Positions 12,270 through 23,944 of a DNA stretch of 64,000 nucleotides are shown piece after piece. How positions within the stretch are numbered: the first letter of the stretch is position 1; each line of letters begins with the position of its first letter. The notes below the pieces were generated by a model. The model ran no database searches, had not been told where the DNA came from, and was given only the letters and a program-made list of their open reading frames with translations. The position numbers were made by a program, and so were the translations under genes. This stretch comes from Chiloscyllium plagiosum (Eukaryota): NCBI RefSeq assembly GCF_004010195.1, contig NC_057750.1, positions 17,983,466 to 18,047,465 of the forward strand, given 5' to 3'.

Positions 12270-15200
12270 GTGTGATTGGGGAGGGTGGTGGGGAAGCAGT
12301 GTAGACATTACATTATTGATAAAGAACATAAATCGCTGAGGCCATCTGGGTAAAGATTTTTTAAAAAGTAATAGCTTTACTGGGGGTTATACTACCAGCC
12401 TTGCAGAAGTCAGAGGGAGATGGAGGAGCAGATATGTAGGCAAGTCACAAAGAGGCGCAAGAGGAATAGGGTCATGGTAGTAGGGGATTTCAACTTTACT
12501 AACATTAAGTGGTATTGCTTTTGCGTGAAAAGATTAGAAGGAGTGGAATTTTTAAAGTGTATACAGGACAGCTTTTTGTGCCAGGACATGTTTGTCCTGC
12601 TCGAGACAGGACAGTGCGACACCTAACCCCATGGAATGAAGCCAGTCAAGTGGTTGAATTATCAACAGCCAAGCACTTTGAGCATAGCAACCATAATTCT
12701 AAGCTTCAAAGTGTTTATGGAGAGGAATGAGGATAGTGCAAAAGCCAAGGGTCAAAACTGGAGGAAGATCAATTTTAAAATCATTTGACAGGATCCGGCA
12801 AACAGACTTGACAGACTGGTAAGACTACATTTGGAAAGTGGGAGTCTTTTAAAAGTAGTATACTGAGAGTTCGCAAGAACTGGGGGCAGGAGTAGGCCAC
12901 CTGGCCTCTCGAGCCTACTCCATCATTCAATAAAATCATGGATGATCTTTTCGTGGCCTCAGCCCCACTTACCTGCTCTCTCACCCTTAATTCCTTTACT
13001 GTTCAAACAATAATCTTAGCTTTAAAAACATTTACTGAGGAAGTCTTAACCATTTCATTGGGCAGGAAATTCCATAGATTCACAACCTTCTGGGTGAACA
13101 AGTTCCTTCTCAATTCAGTCCTAAATCTGCTCCCCCTAATTTTGAGGCTATGCACTCTTGTCCGAGTTTCACCCACCATTGGAAACATCCTCTCTACTTC
13201 TATCCTGTCTATTCCCTTCATAATTCAATATGTTCCCATAAGTTCCCCTCTCATTCTTCAAAATTCCAATGAATATAATCCCAGTCTACTCAGTCTCTCC
13301 TCATAAACCAATCCCCTCAACTCTGTAATCAACCTAGTGGATCTCCTTTGCACCCCCTCTAGTGCCAGTACATCCCTTCTCAAGTAAGGAGCCCAAAACT
13401 GCACACAGTACTCCAAATGTGGCTTCACCAACACCCTATTCAGCTGCAACATAACCTCTCTGCTTTAAACTCAATCCCTTCAGCAATGGAGGACCAACTT
13501 CTATTTGCCTTAATTACTTGTTGTGCCTGCAGACCAATCTTCTGCGATTCAAGCACAAGGACACTCCAGTCCCTCTACACAGCAGCATGCTGCAATTTCT
13601 TACCATTCAAGTAATTGTCCTTTTTACTATTATTCCTACCAAAATGGATGACTTCACATTTATTAACATTGTACTCTATTTGCCAGGCCTTTGCCCACTC
13701 AAACTATCTATGCCTCTTTGCAAAGTTTTAGAGTCCTCAGCACACTTTGGTCTACCACTCATCTTCGTGTCACCCAACTCCAAACATCTATGTAAATTGT
13801 GAATAACTTTGGACCCCAACACTGATCCCCGAGGTACACAACTAGTCACTGATTGGCAACCAGAATAGCATTAATTTATTCCCACTCTTTACTTCCTGTT
13901 GGTTACCCAATCCTCTGTCCATGCCAATACATTGCCCATAATGCCTTGCATGTTTATCTTAAGCAGCAGCCTTTTGTGCAGCACCTTGTCCAAAGCCTTT
14001 TGGAAATCTAGACACACCACATCCACTCAGTCCCGATTGTCTACCGTGTTGTAATGTCTTCATAGAATTCCAAAAGATTAGTTAAACATGACCCACCCTT
14101 CATGAACCCATGCTGCATCTGCCCAACAGGACAATTTCTATCTAGATGCCTTGCTATTTCTTCCTTCATAATCGACTTAAGTATTTTCCCCATTACAGAA
14201 GTTAAGCTCACTGGTCTGTAATTCCCCAACTTTTGTCTACATACCTTTTTAAACAGTGGCGTATCATTTGCTGTTTTCCAGTCTGCTGGAACTGCCCTAG
14301 AGTCCAGTGAATTTTTACAAATAACAACAAGTGCATTTGCTATTTCTCCCACCACTTCTTTTAGCACCCTGGGATGTATTCCATCAGGGCTAGGAGACTT
14401 GTCTACTTTTAGCTCTATTTGCTTGCCCAACACAACCTCTGTTGTGATAATGAAAGGGCCAGATATTCCTCCAAGAGTGAAGGGCAAAGACAGCAAGTCT
14501 AGGGAAACCTGGATGTCAAGAGTTTGAAGAAGAAAATGGAAGAAGCATGTGATAGGTATAGAGCACTAATAAAAGGGGAGGCCCTTCAGAATTATAGCAG
14601 GTGCAGGGGATGCTTAAAAGAAGAGAAATTGAGAGGGCCAAGGTGAGACCATGAAATATCTTTGGCAGATAGGATTAAAGGAAACCCTAAGGCATTTTAT
14701 AAGTAGATTAAGAGCAAGAGGTTGACCAGAGAAAGAGCAGGGCCTACTTGAGACCAAAGGGGCAATCTGTGTGTGGAGCCAGGAGGACATGAGTGAGATC
14801 TTAAATATATATATTTCTCATCTACATTCACAAAGGAGAAAGACATTGCAGCTGGAGATTTCAATTGGGACAGTGAGATTCTACAGCATGTTAAGATTAA
14901 TAAGGAGGAACTTTTAGATGTTTTAGTAGGCACGCAGGTGCATATATCCCTTGGGCCTGATGAGATTCATCCCATGCTATTACATAAAGCAAGGGAGGAG
15001 ATTGCCAGAGGCCTGGCAGAGATGTTTACTCTTTTGCTGGTTATAGGTGAAGTGTCAGATGACTGAAGGATATCCAATGCAATTCCTTTGTTCAAGATGG
15101 GCAGTAGGCCAATTAATTACAGACTCTAATTAGTCTGATGTCAGTGGTAGGAAAGTTATTTGAAAATATTGAAGGACAGAATTAATCGACACTTGGAAAG

Positions 15201-16410
15201 GCAAGGATTGACCAGGGACAGTCCGCATAGATTTATTTCACGGACGAATTTCATTGAGTCTTTTTTTGAAAAGTTGACAAAATATATTGATGAGTGTAGT
15301 GCAGTTGAAGTGGTTTACATAGTCTTCAGTAAGGTCTTTGCACGGTCCCACATGGAAGGCTGGTCCGAAAGGTAAGAGCCCCATGAAATCCAAGGCAAGT
15401 TGGGAGATTAGATCCAGTACAGGCTTGCTAATAAGTGGTAAAAGGTGGTGGTGGAGGGTTGTTTTCATAATTGGAAGTCTGTGAGCAGTGGTATACCATA
15501 GTGATTGGTGCTCGGATCCTTGGTGTTTGTTAAGTATATGAAGGAACTTGTTGCAAATGTAGAAGGCACAATGGCACAAAAATTGGTGGGGTTCTTGATT
15601 GGTGAGGAGGATTGTCTCAAGCTACAGTCTGATATTGATCAGCTGGTCAACTGGGCACAGCCATGACAAATGAAATTTAATCCTGATGTGAGGGATGATG
15701 CATTTTGCGAGGTTTAATAAGGGAAGGAGATACACAATGAATGGTTCTAAGAAACAAAGGGACCTTTTCGTACAAGTCCATTGGTCCCTGGAAGTTTCAG
15801 CACAGATAGAAAGAATTATGAAAGCAGCATATAGGATGCTTGCCTTCATTAGCAGCAGAGAAGTCTTGTTACAACTTTATAAACCATTTGTTAGACCACA
15901 GATGGAATATTGAGTGCAGTTCTGGTCACCACACTATCAGAAGAATGTGATTGCACTGGAGAGGATGCAAAGCAAGTTCACCAGGATGTTGTCTGGGATG
16001 GAAAGTCTCAGTTATGAGACACTGGATAGACTAGGTTTGTTTTCTCTGGAGCAGAGCATGTAATCAGATTCAAATGTACAAAATTATGAGAGGCATTGAC
16101 AAGGTAGGTAGTGACAATCTTTTCCCCACCAAGGTAGATGTGTCTAAGACCAGAGGGCATAAGTTTAAAAGGTGAGAAGTAGGTGGTTTAGAGGAGATCT
16201 TAAGAAAAGATATTTCATGCAGATGGAAAGCATTGCCCGAGATACTAGTGGAGGCAACATTTAAGCAGCACCTGGATGAGCACTTAAAATACCAAGGCAT
16301 AATAGGCTATGGTCCAAGTGCAGGAAAATTGAATTAGTATAGTTTGGTGTTTGTTGGTCAGCTTAAACTTGGTGGGTTGAAGTGCCCATTTCTATGTTGT
16401 ATGACACTAA
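12270..16410 (+). mobile_element. Long CR1 LINE (endonuclease through 3' UTR) interrupted by an opposite-strand CR1 at about 12873-14452
   Basis: VMVVGDFNF endonuclease motif at 12471; plus-strand ORF2 resumes near 14455; the insert encodes DKSPSPDGIHPRVLKE..NYRPVSLTSV on the minus strand. Confidence 0.85.
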
Positions 16411-16711
16411 AAATATATCCTGTAAGAAAGGAGAATTCTAGGAAGGGATAAGTCAGCTATGGAGGTTAAGGGTAGCTTTCAAACTGACATACAATATAGC
16501 AAATATTCCAGTAACCCAGAGAATTGGGAAATTTTTAAGCATGAAAAGATAACCAAAACAAAAAGATAGAAGACAACCTTTGAGGGTAAACTTGCAAGTA
16601 ATATCAGGACAGATAACAAGACTTTTGTTTTATATATATAAAGGAGGGAAATGCACCAAAGTGGAATTAGGCCACTTATAAAAGGCTGGGGAAATAATAA
16701 TAGGGAAATTT

Positions 16712-17041
16712 GGTGGCATGGTGGCTCAGTGGTTAGCACTGCTGCCTCACAGCACCAGGGTCCCAGGTTCAACTCCAGCCTCAGGTGACTGTCTGTGTGG
16801 AGTTTGCACATTCTCCTAGTGTCTGCGTGGGTTTCCTCCTGATGCTCCAGTTTCCTCCACCAGTCCAAAGATGCGCAGGTCAGGTGAATTGGCCATGCTA
16901 AATTCCCCATAGTGTTAGGTCAATTAGTCAGAGGGAAATGGGTCTAAGTGGGTTACTCTTCAGAGGGTCACTCTTCAGAGGGTCAGTGTGGACTGATTGT
17001 GGAAACAGGCCTTTCAGCCCACTGTAGGGAATCTAATCTAA
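16712..17041 (+). mobile_element. HE1-like V-SINE
   Basis: Same head, V-domain and tail as 5301-5623. Confidence 0.92.
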
Positions 17042-17859
17042 AAAAAAGGCAGAGGAGTTGAATAAACACTTTGCAGCAATCTTCATAGCAGAAGACAGTA
17101 ATTCCTAAATTTTAGCATTCCTAAGATACTAAATAAATCAATGGGCAAAGGAGGAAAGGTAATAAATGCAATAACGATCAGTCGAGAAAAAGTGCTGGGG
17201 AAACGAATGGAGCTGAAAGATGATCGGTCTCCTGGACCTGATGAGATGCACTGTAGGATATTAAAAGTAGCAGCTACAGAGATCTCGTGGATGCACTGAG
17301 GGTAATCTCCTAAGAATCCTTTGATTCTGGAAAAGTCTGAAAGGGTCGGAAAACTGCCAATGCAATAACTTTTTATAAAATCATAAGATGACAAAAATGT
17401 CTGACTATAAAGCAGTGAGCTTAACATTAGTCATTGGGGAAATGTTAGTATGTATTATAAAATGTATAATAGTCAAGCGTTAGAAATGCACAATCTGATC
17501 GATCAGTGTCAGCTTTACAAAGGTGAAATAAAGCGTGATAAATTTATTAGGAGTTCTTTCTGGAGATAACAAGATCAATGGAGAGGAAAATAGCAGATGT
17601 GATATGTTTGGACTTCCAGAAGACATACGATAAAGTACCCCACATTAGGCTATTTAATAAAGATAACAGCCTCTGGTGTTACAGGTTATATATCATCATG
17701 GATAGAGGATGAATAGAAGACTGAGTTGGGTTAAGGAGAACATTTTCAGGATGGAGTCCTGTAATGAGTATAGTACCACAGGATCAATGCCAATACCACA
17801 GTTATTTACAAAACATATTAATGATTTAGAAGAAGAAAGTGAATGTACCATGATCACTG

Positions 17860-18128
17860 GGAGATGATGGCCTTGTGGAATTATCACTGGACAGAGATAA
17901 TGTTCTGGGGACCCAGGTTCAAACCCTACCATAACAGATGGTAGAATTTAAGTTCAATAAAAATCTGAAATTAAGAGTCTAATAAATCCATTGTCTATTG
18001 TTGGGAAAAGTTAGTGATATCGTTTAGGGAGGGAAACTGCCATCCTTACCAGGTCTGGCCTACTTGTGATTCCAAATCCACAGTAATGTGGTTGACTCTT
18101 AACTGCCCTCTGGGCAACTGGCGATGGA
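17860..18128 (+). mobile_element. tRNA-derived SINE family B, 3'-truncated
   Basis: Reverse-complement match to 4807-5140. Confidence 0.75.
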
Positions 18129-19049
18129 GAAAGACTGCAGAACCCTACAAGATTGGAGGGATTTGGGAGTCCTCATACATAAATCAACAAAATGCTAGCA
18201 TACAAGTTCAGGAGGCAATGGAATGTTTTCATTTTAAAGGGAATTAAATCTTAAAATGGGGAGGTTTTCCTAAATCCAGATAAGACACCAATCAGATCAC
18301 AGCTGAAGACTGCAGAGAGTTTTGATCCCCATACACAAAGATATACGGGCATTGAAAGCAATTCATGATAAGGTTCAGGATAAAGGACTGTCTGATGAGG
18401 AGAGGTTGAATATGTGAGAAGCAAGAAGAATGAGAGGCAACTTTACTGAAACATACAAGATTCTTGAGATTTGACAGGTTAAAATGTGGAAACGTTGCTT
18501 CCCCTTGTGGGGTTTCAGAAGGCATAAACTCTCAGTTAGGAGTCACCATATAAAACACACTAGAGGAGAAATGTCTTCTAAGAGGATAGTGAAACAGTAT
18601 ATAGACTGGGTCATTAGGTACGTTCAAGGCAGAGACATAAATGTTTAATCTGCAAGAGAATCAAGGATTGTGGGGACAAGGCATGAAAATGAATTGGCAG
18701 ATTATTAGATCAGCCGTGATCATATTGAAAGGCTGAGCATGTTTGATGGAGTGAATAACCTGCTTCTGCTCCGAGACCGTACGATCTTAAATTGAGGTGG
18801 GCAAAGGGACAACAGACACGAGTATCTGCCTATGGCATTGATTAAAAACATTCTAGCAATTCATTGACACCTAGAAATAGGGTATATGAACAAGTGATGA
18901 GGATCAGAGACTGTTCCTCAACAGGTGATCTTCATAGGCAGCAGTTCTCGTCAGCATCTAACTTCTCCAGAAGAGGCCCTTCAGCACATCGAATCTGCAT
19001 TGATCAGTCTGCACTAATTCCATTATCCAGCACTTGGCTAAAAGTGCTG

Positions 19050-20382
19050 ACGAGGTCCAGGACCTGCATGTCCTTAACAGAGTGGGAGGGGGAGTTGAAG
19101 TGTTCAGCCACATGGTGGGGTTGGTGGGTGCGGGTGTCCCAGAGGTGTTCTTGGAAACGATCCGCAAGGTGTCCTGTCTCCCCATGTAAACGAGACCACA
19201 CCAGGTGCAATGGATGCAGTAGATGACATTGGGAGAGGTGCAGGTGAATTTCTGACTGATGTGGAAGGATCCCTTGGGGCCTTGGACGGAGGTGAGGGGA
19301 GTGGTGTGGGCACAGGTTTTGCACTTCATGCAGTGGCACGGAAAGGTGCCAGGAGTGGGGTGTGGGCTGGTGGTTGGGGAGGTTGGACCTGACGAAGGAG
19401 TCGCGGAGGGAATGGTCTTTTCGGAATGCTGATAGTGGTGGGGTCATCCTCCACACGGACCTCAACATCAAAGCATCATCCTCTGCCACTACTGCCACCT
19501 CTAAATGGACCCCAACATCAGAGTATCATTCCCCACCACTTCCGCCACCTCCAAACAGACCCCACCAGAGATATATTTCCCTCTCTACCCCCATCAGCAT
19601 TCCGAAAAGACCATTCCCTCCGCAACTCCCTCATTAGGTCCATACCCTCCCATCAGCCCACACCCCACTCCTGGCATCTTTCCGTACCACCGTAGCAAGT
19701 GCAAAACCGGTGAGAAAACCACTCCCCTCACCTCCGTCCAAGGCCCCAAGAGATCCTTCCATGTCTCAGAAATTCACCTATACCTCTCCCAATGTCATCT
19801 ACTGCATCCATTGCACCCGGTGTGGTCTTCTCTACGTGGGGAGACAGGCTGCCTACTTGCGGATCGTTTCAGAGAACATCTCTGGGACACTCGCTCACAC
19901 CAACCCCACCACCCCATGGCAGATCACTTCAACTCCCCCTCCCACTCTGTCAAGGACATGCAGATGCTAAGCCTCCTCCAGTGCCAAACCATCACCACCC
20001 GACACCTGGAGGAGGAACACCATATTCTGCCTTGGGAGTTGTAACCACACGGGGTAAATATGGATTTCACTAGCTTCCTCATTTCCCCTTCCCCCACATA
20101 TCCCATATCCAGATTGGCACGGCCCTCCAGACCCATCCATCACTGCCTCCTCTGACCTTTCACCTTCTCTCTCACCTATCGCTTTCCCAGCTACCTCCCC
20201 CCAACCCCACCCTCCTCCCATTTATCTCTCAGCTCTGACCCACAAGCCTCATTCCTGATGAACGTCTTATGCCCAAAACGTTGATTCTCCTGCTCCTTGG
20301 ATGCTGCCTGACCAGCTGTGCTTTTCCATCACCCACCATCTCAATTCTGATCTCCAGCATCTGCAGTCCTCACTTTCTCCTA
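19050..20382 (+). mobile_element. Penelope-like element (GIY-YIG endonuclease end plus terminus) with inverted 5' segment 19050-19440
   Basis: KFTYTSPNVIYCIHCTRCGLLYVG..RFREH GIY-YIG motif on plus, second copy on minus; degenerate hammerhead near 20255. Confidence 0.9.
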
Positions 20383-20765
20383 ACAAATGAAATTTAACCC
20401 TGATCATGTGAAGTGATGCACTTTGGAAAAATTAGCAAGACGTGGGAGTACTAATCACTGAAGACAGCAGATTAAAATGATGGTTAAGTAGACATAGGAC
20501 ACTTACTTTTATCAGTTGTCACACAGATTTTAAGATCAAGGAGGTTATGTTGGAACTGCACAAAATTTTGGTGAGACCACATTTGGAGTACTTTGTGCAC
20601 CTCCTGTTGCCACACTGTAAGAGGATATATTTGCACTGGAGAGGCTGCATATTGTCTCAGTTGGATTGTTTTAGCTCAAAGATGTTGTACAGTTTCAGGT
20701 TGCTTTCTTTGGAGCAAAGAAGGTTGGGGAGGGAACTTGATTGAGGTGTGCATAGGGCTTTGTGG

Positions 20766-21110
20766 GGTGGCATGGTGGCTCAGATATTAGCACTGCTGCC
20801 TCACAGCACCAGGGACCTGGGTTCAATTCCTGCCTCGGGTGACTAGGTATGTAGAGTTTGCACATTCTCCCAGTGTCTGTGTGGGTTTCCTCTGGGTGCT
20901 TCGGTTTCCTCCCACAGTCAGTGTGCAGGTCAGGTGAATTGGCCATGGTAAATTGCCCATAGTGTCAGGTGCCTTAGTCAGAGGTAAATAGAGGGCAGGA
21001 GAATGGGTCTGGGTGGGTTACTCTTCGGAGGGTCGGTTACTCTTCGGAGGGTCGGTGTGGACTTGTTGGGCTGAAGGGTCTTTTTCCATACTGCAGGGAT
21101 TCTAATCTTC
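20766..21110 (+). mobile_element. HE1-like V-SINE nested in a CR1 fragment (about 20385-21305)
   Basis: Head, V-domain and tail present; CR1 C-terminal coding sequence continues on both sides. Confidence 0.9.
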
Positions 21111-21353
21111 TAATATTATGAAGGTCATGGACAGGATAGGTGGGAAGCTGTTGTTTACCTTTGTTGAACGGTCAATGCCAAGAGGGCATAACTTTTAAGG
21201 TGAAGGGCAGGAGGTTTAGAGGGGATTTGAGCAAATTTTTTTTTATCCAGGGGTTGGTGGGAATATGGAATGCACTGCCTCGAATGCCTGCAGGAAATCT
21301 TAACCTTGAAACCCACCCCTCTCCCATTTATCTCTCAACCACAAGCCTCATTC

Positions 21354-21381
21354 CTGATGAAGGGCTTATGCCCGAAACGTT
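21354..21381 (+). ncRNA. Minimal type I hammerhead ribozyme core in a PLE terminus (about 21310-21445)
   Basis: CTGATGA-a-gggc(ttat)gccc-GAAA-C-GTT; core intact; expression and activity unknown. Confidence 0.7.
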
Positions 21382-23098
21382 GATTCCCCTGCTCCTCAGA
21401 TGCTGCCTGACTCGCTGTGCTTTTCCAGCGCCACACTCTCGACCCTAAATTTCATTTCCAACTGATCTGACCTTCTGACCAACCCATCTACATTTTCCTG
21501 TAATCTAAGACCTTCTTCCTCACTATAACCATCAGCCAACCTTGGTGCGACCCACAAGCTTCAGATCGCCCCACATTCTTATCTATTATATACATGTATC
21601 CATCATGAACAATAAGAGACCCAGCATGGATGCCAGTCATATGCAACTGCACACCAGGTGTCACACAAACAAATTTCAACCGTCATCCTCCATCTCCTAC
21701 CATTAAGCCAATTTGGACCCATCTTGCCAAATTACCTTGGATTCTCCATACTTTGATCATCTTCATCAGTTTCCCATTTGGATCTTTGTCAAAGGCTTTG
21801 CTGAAATCCATATAAACTGCATGGACTGCACTACCTTCATCTAAACAGTCGGTCGCCTCCTCGACAAATTCAAAGATTTGTTAGGTGCGATCTTGTGACA
21901 AAGCCATGCTGACAGTCCCTGATCAAACTTAGTCAGTTGGAGATTAATTCTTTTCGTCAGGATTTTCAATAGTTTCCCGACCACGAATGTGAGAGTCACT
22001 TGTCTGTAATTCCCTGGCTTATCCCTAGCACCCTTCTTGAAAAGTGGAACCACATTAGCTGCCCTCCAGTCCTCTAGAACGTCCACTGTAATCAGAGACA
22101 TATTGAAAATCTGGGTCAAAGCCAGATTTCATCCCTTCTTCACACACCAATCTGGGATATCACAGGAAGACTCAGGCAAGAGATCCCCAATGCTTCAGCT
22201 AGACAGACAGCCTTCACAAGTGAGCCAGCACATTCTGCGCTGAAAGCCTATTTGTCTTCTGTTACAAGTGAACCTTTAACATGTTTTTTTCATAATTGTA
22301 TAATTTCTTTGTCCAATTAAATAATGCATCATATCTAAATTGCTGCTGTTTAAATTCAAATTATCTGAAATTGCTTACAAATGACCAACTGCCTATTACA
22401 TAATTGTGATCATAAACTCCTACAATCTAACACTAACTGCCCTTGATAAAATGTGAATTCCTTCTTGAATTGCTGATGTTACACCCACCCTGCTATTAGA
22501 TGGGGAGTTCAGGATTTTAAACTATTGTCAATGAAGGAATGAAATGGTTTGGAAGAGAATTTGCAGGTTGCTGTGTTCGCATGCACAGGTGCTGCTGCTA
22601 TAACTCGCTGTAACACGATTGATGAATTGACGTCACTTTTTCTAACGCTTGAACTTTTAAAATAGGTGTTACAGGTTTTAAAATAGACTGTAATGCAACT
22701 ACATTGGCAACACTTTAAGCACTGTTTCTAAAGCATGATTTTTCTATAATGTGGGGTCCACATGAAAGCAATTAACACCTTACAGAAGAACTGACTGTAT
22801 CTGCTGTCCTTGTCCTTCTGGATTATTGTGGTTCTAAGTTTGTCAGGTATTCTTTAAGAAGCTTTGGTAATTTCTGTAGGGCATGCATTCCATCCATGGC
22901 TGTAGCAATTAGCTGACAGTGGGTTTCATCACTGAAAAACATCCATATTGAAGAATCACACATTTCTTCCATATGGCGGATATGGTACGGATATTCACCA
23001 AGGAAGAAAAGCTATGTCTAAGGATTTTTAAAATTCAATGTTTTTGAAAATACAGAAAAGTTAAATAATGCTGATCTGTGGGTTAATGTAAGGAGTAC

Positions 23099-23210
23099 CT
23101 GAATGGCCAAACATGCTGGCTACACATTCCCCAGTGTAGAAGTCAAAGATGGAAATATTTTTGTCTGAACAACTAGTGGCTACAAATGTTCCAGAGGGAT
23201 CCATCTGAAC
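23099..23210 (-). CDS. WDR62: Coding exon 11 of 15 (112 nt)
   Basis: ttctag|GTT..TCAG|gtactc; [37 protein letters not shown]; phase 0/1. Confidence 0.95.
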
Positions 23211-23944
23211 CTAGAAACCAAAGCAGACAAAAATATGTTGGGTACCTCAACTAAAGTTTGAAATACTCAAAAGAGAAATCCACCATGTTTATTTGTGTTG
23301 CCAAATTAATAATTCAAAGGCCACTAACGTAAAAGAATACAGACAATTTTTAAAATTACCAATTGAAGACCAAAAAATGTAATTGTTTTGAATGTCAACA
23401 TTGTGTACCACAGAAGCCAATTACTTCCTCTACAAAGAGCATTTTTTAAAAAACATTTTTATAAAAAACTTTTTCAAATCTTTTACAAAAGCAATAATAT
23501 TAAAAAAACAGAATACAAAAAGACAAAGGGCACTTTACTCAAATTTATTTGCATTCAAATTTGCTTCCATTACTGTAACAGTAAAGATGCCCCAGCTCAA
23601 TCTTCCTTTTGTAAAAGCAAATACTTCTAATGATCGTCTAATGACAACTCATGTGGGTTGGGAGCTGTCAGATGATGCAGGAAAATAAACAGTACAAAAT
23701 TTGCTCATAGATCAAGTAGACTGAACAATCTAGTCTGATTTCAGCAGATGGAAAGAATAATATGAAGCTATGAAAATGACACATCAAGACTGCAAACCAA
23801 ATCTGAACAACCTTTATGGCTTTTGAAATATACCATTGGTGCTGTTTTCAAATTGTTTTGGGGGAGCTACTTAATGCTGCAAATATATGCATACCCTTAA
23901 ATGGAATCCCATCATAATTTTTAAAAGATAAAATGACTGAACAA

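Larger units (their letters stand above)
16411..18790 (+). mobile_element. Degraded CR1 LINE carrying nested SINEs
   Basis: Decayed CR1 ORF2 interrupted by an HE1-like SINE (16712-17041) and a family-B SINE (17860-18128). Confidence 0.8.

Noticed and set aside
11896..12339. 147-aa Gly-rich ORF
   Set aside because: By-product of a low-complexity G-rich tract.
19004..20044. Domesticated GIY-YIG nuclease gene
   Set aside because: Both copies are frameshifted, lack the RT and retain PLE termini.
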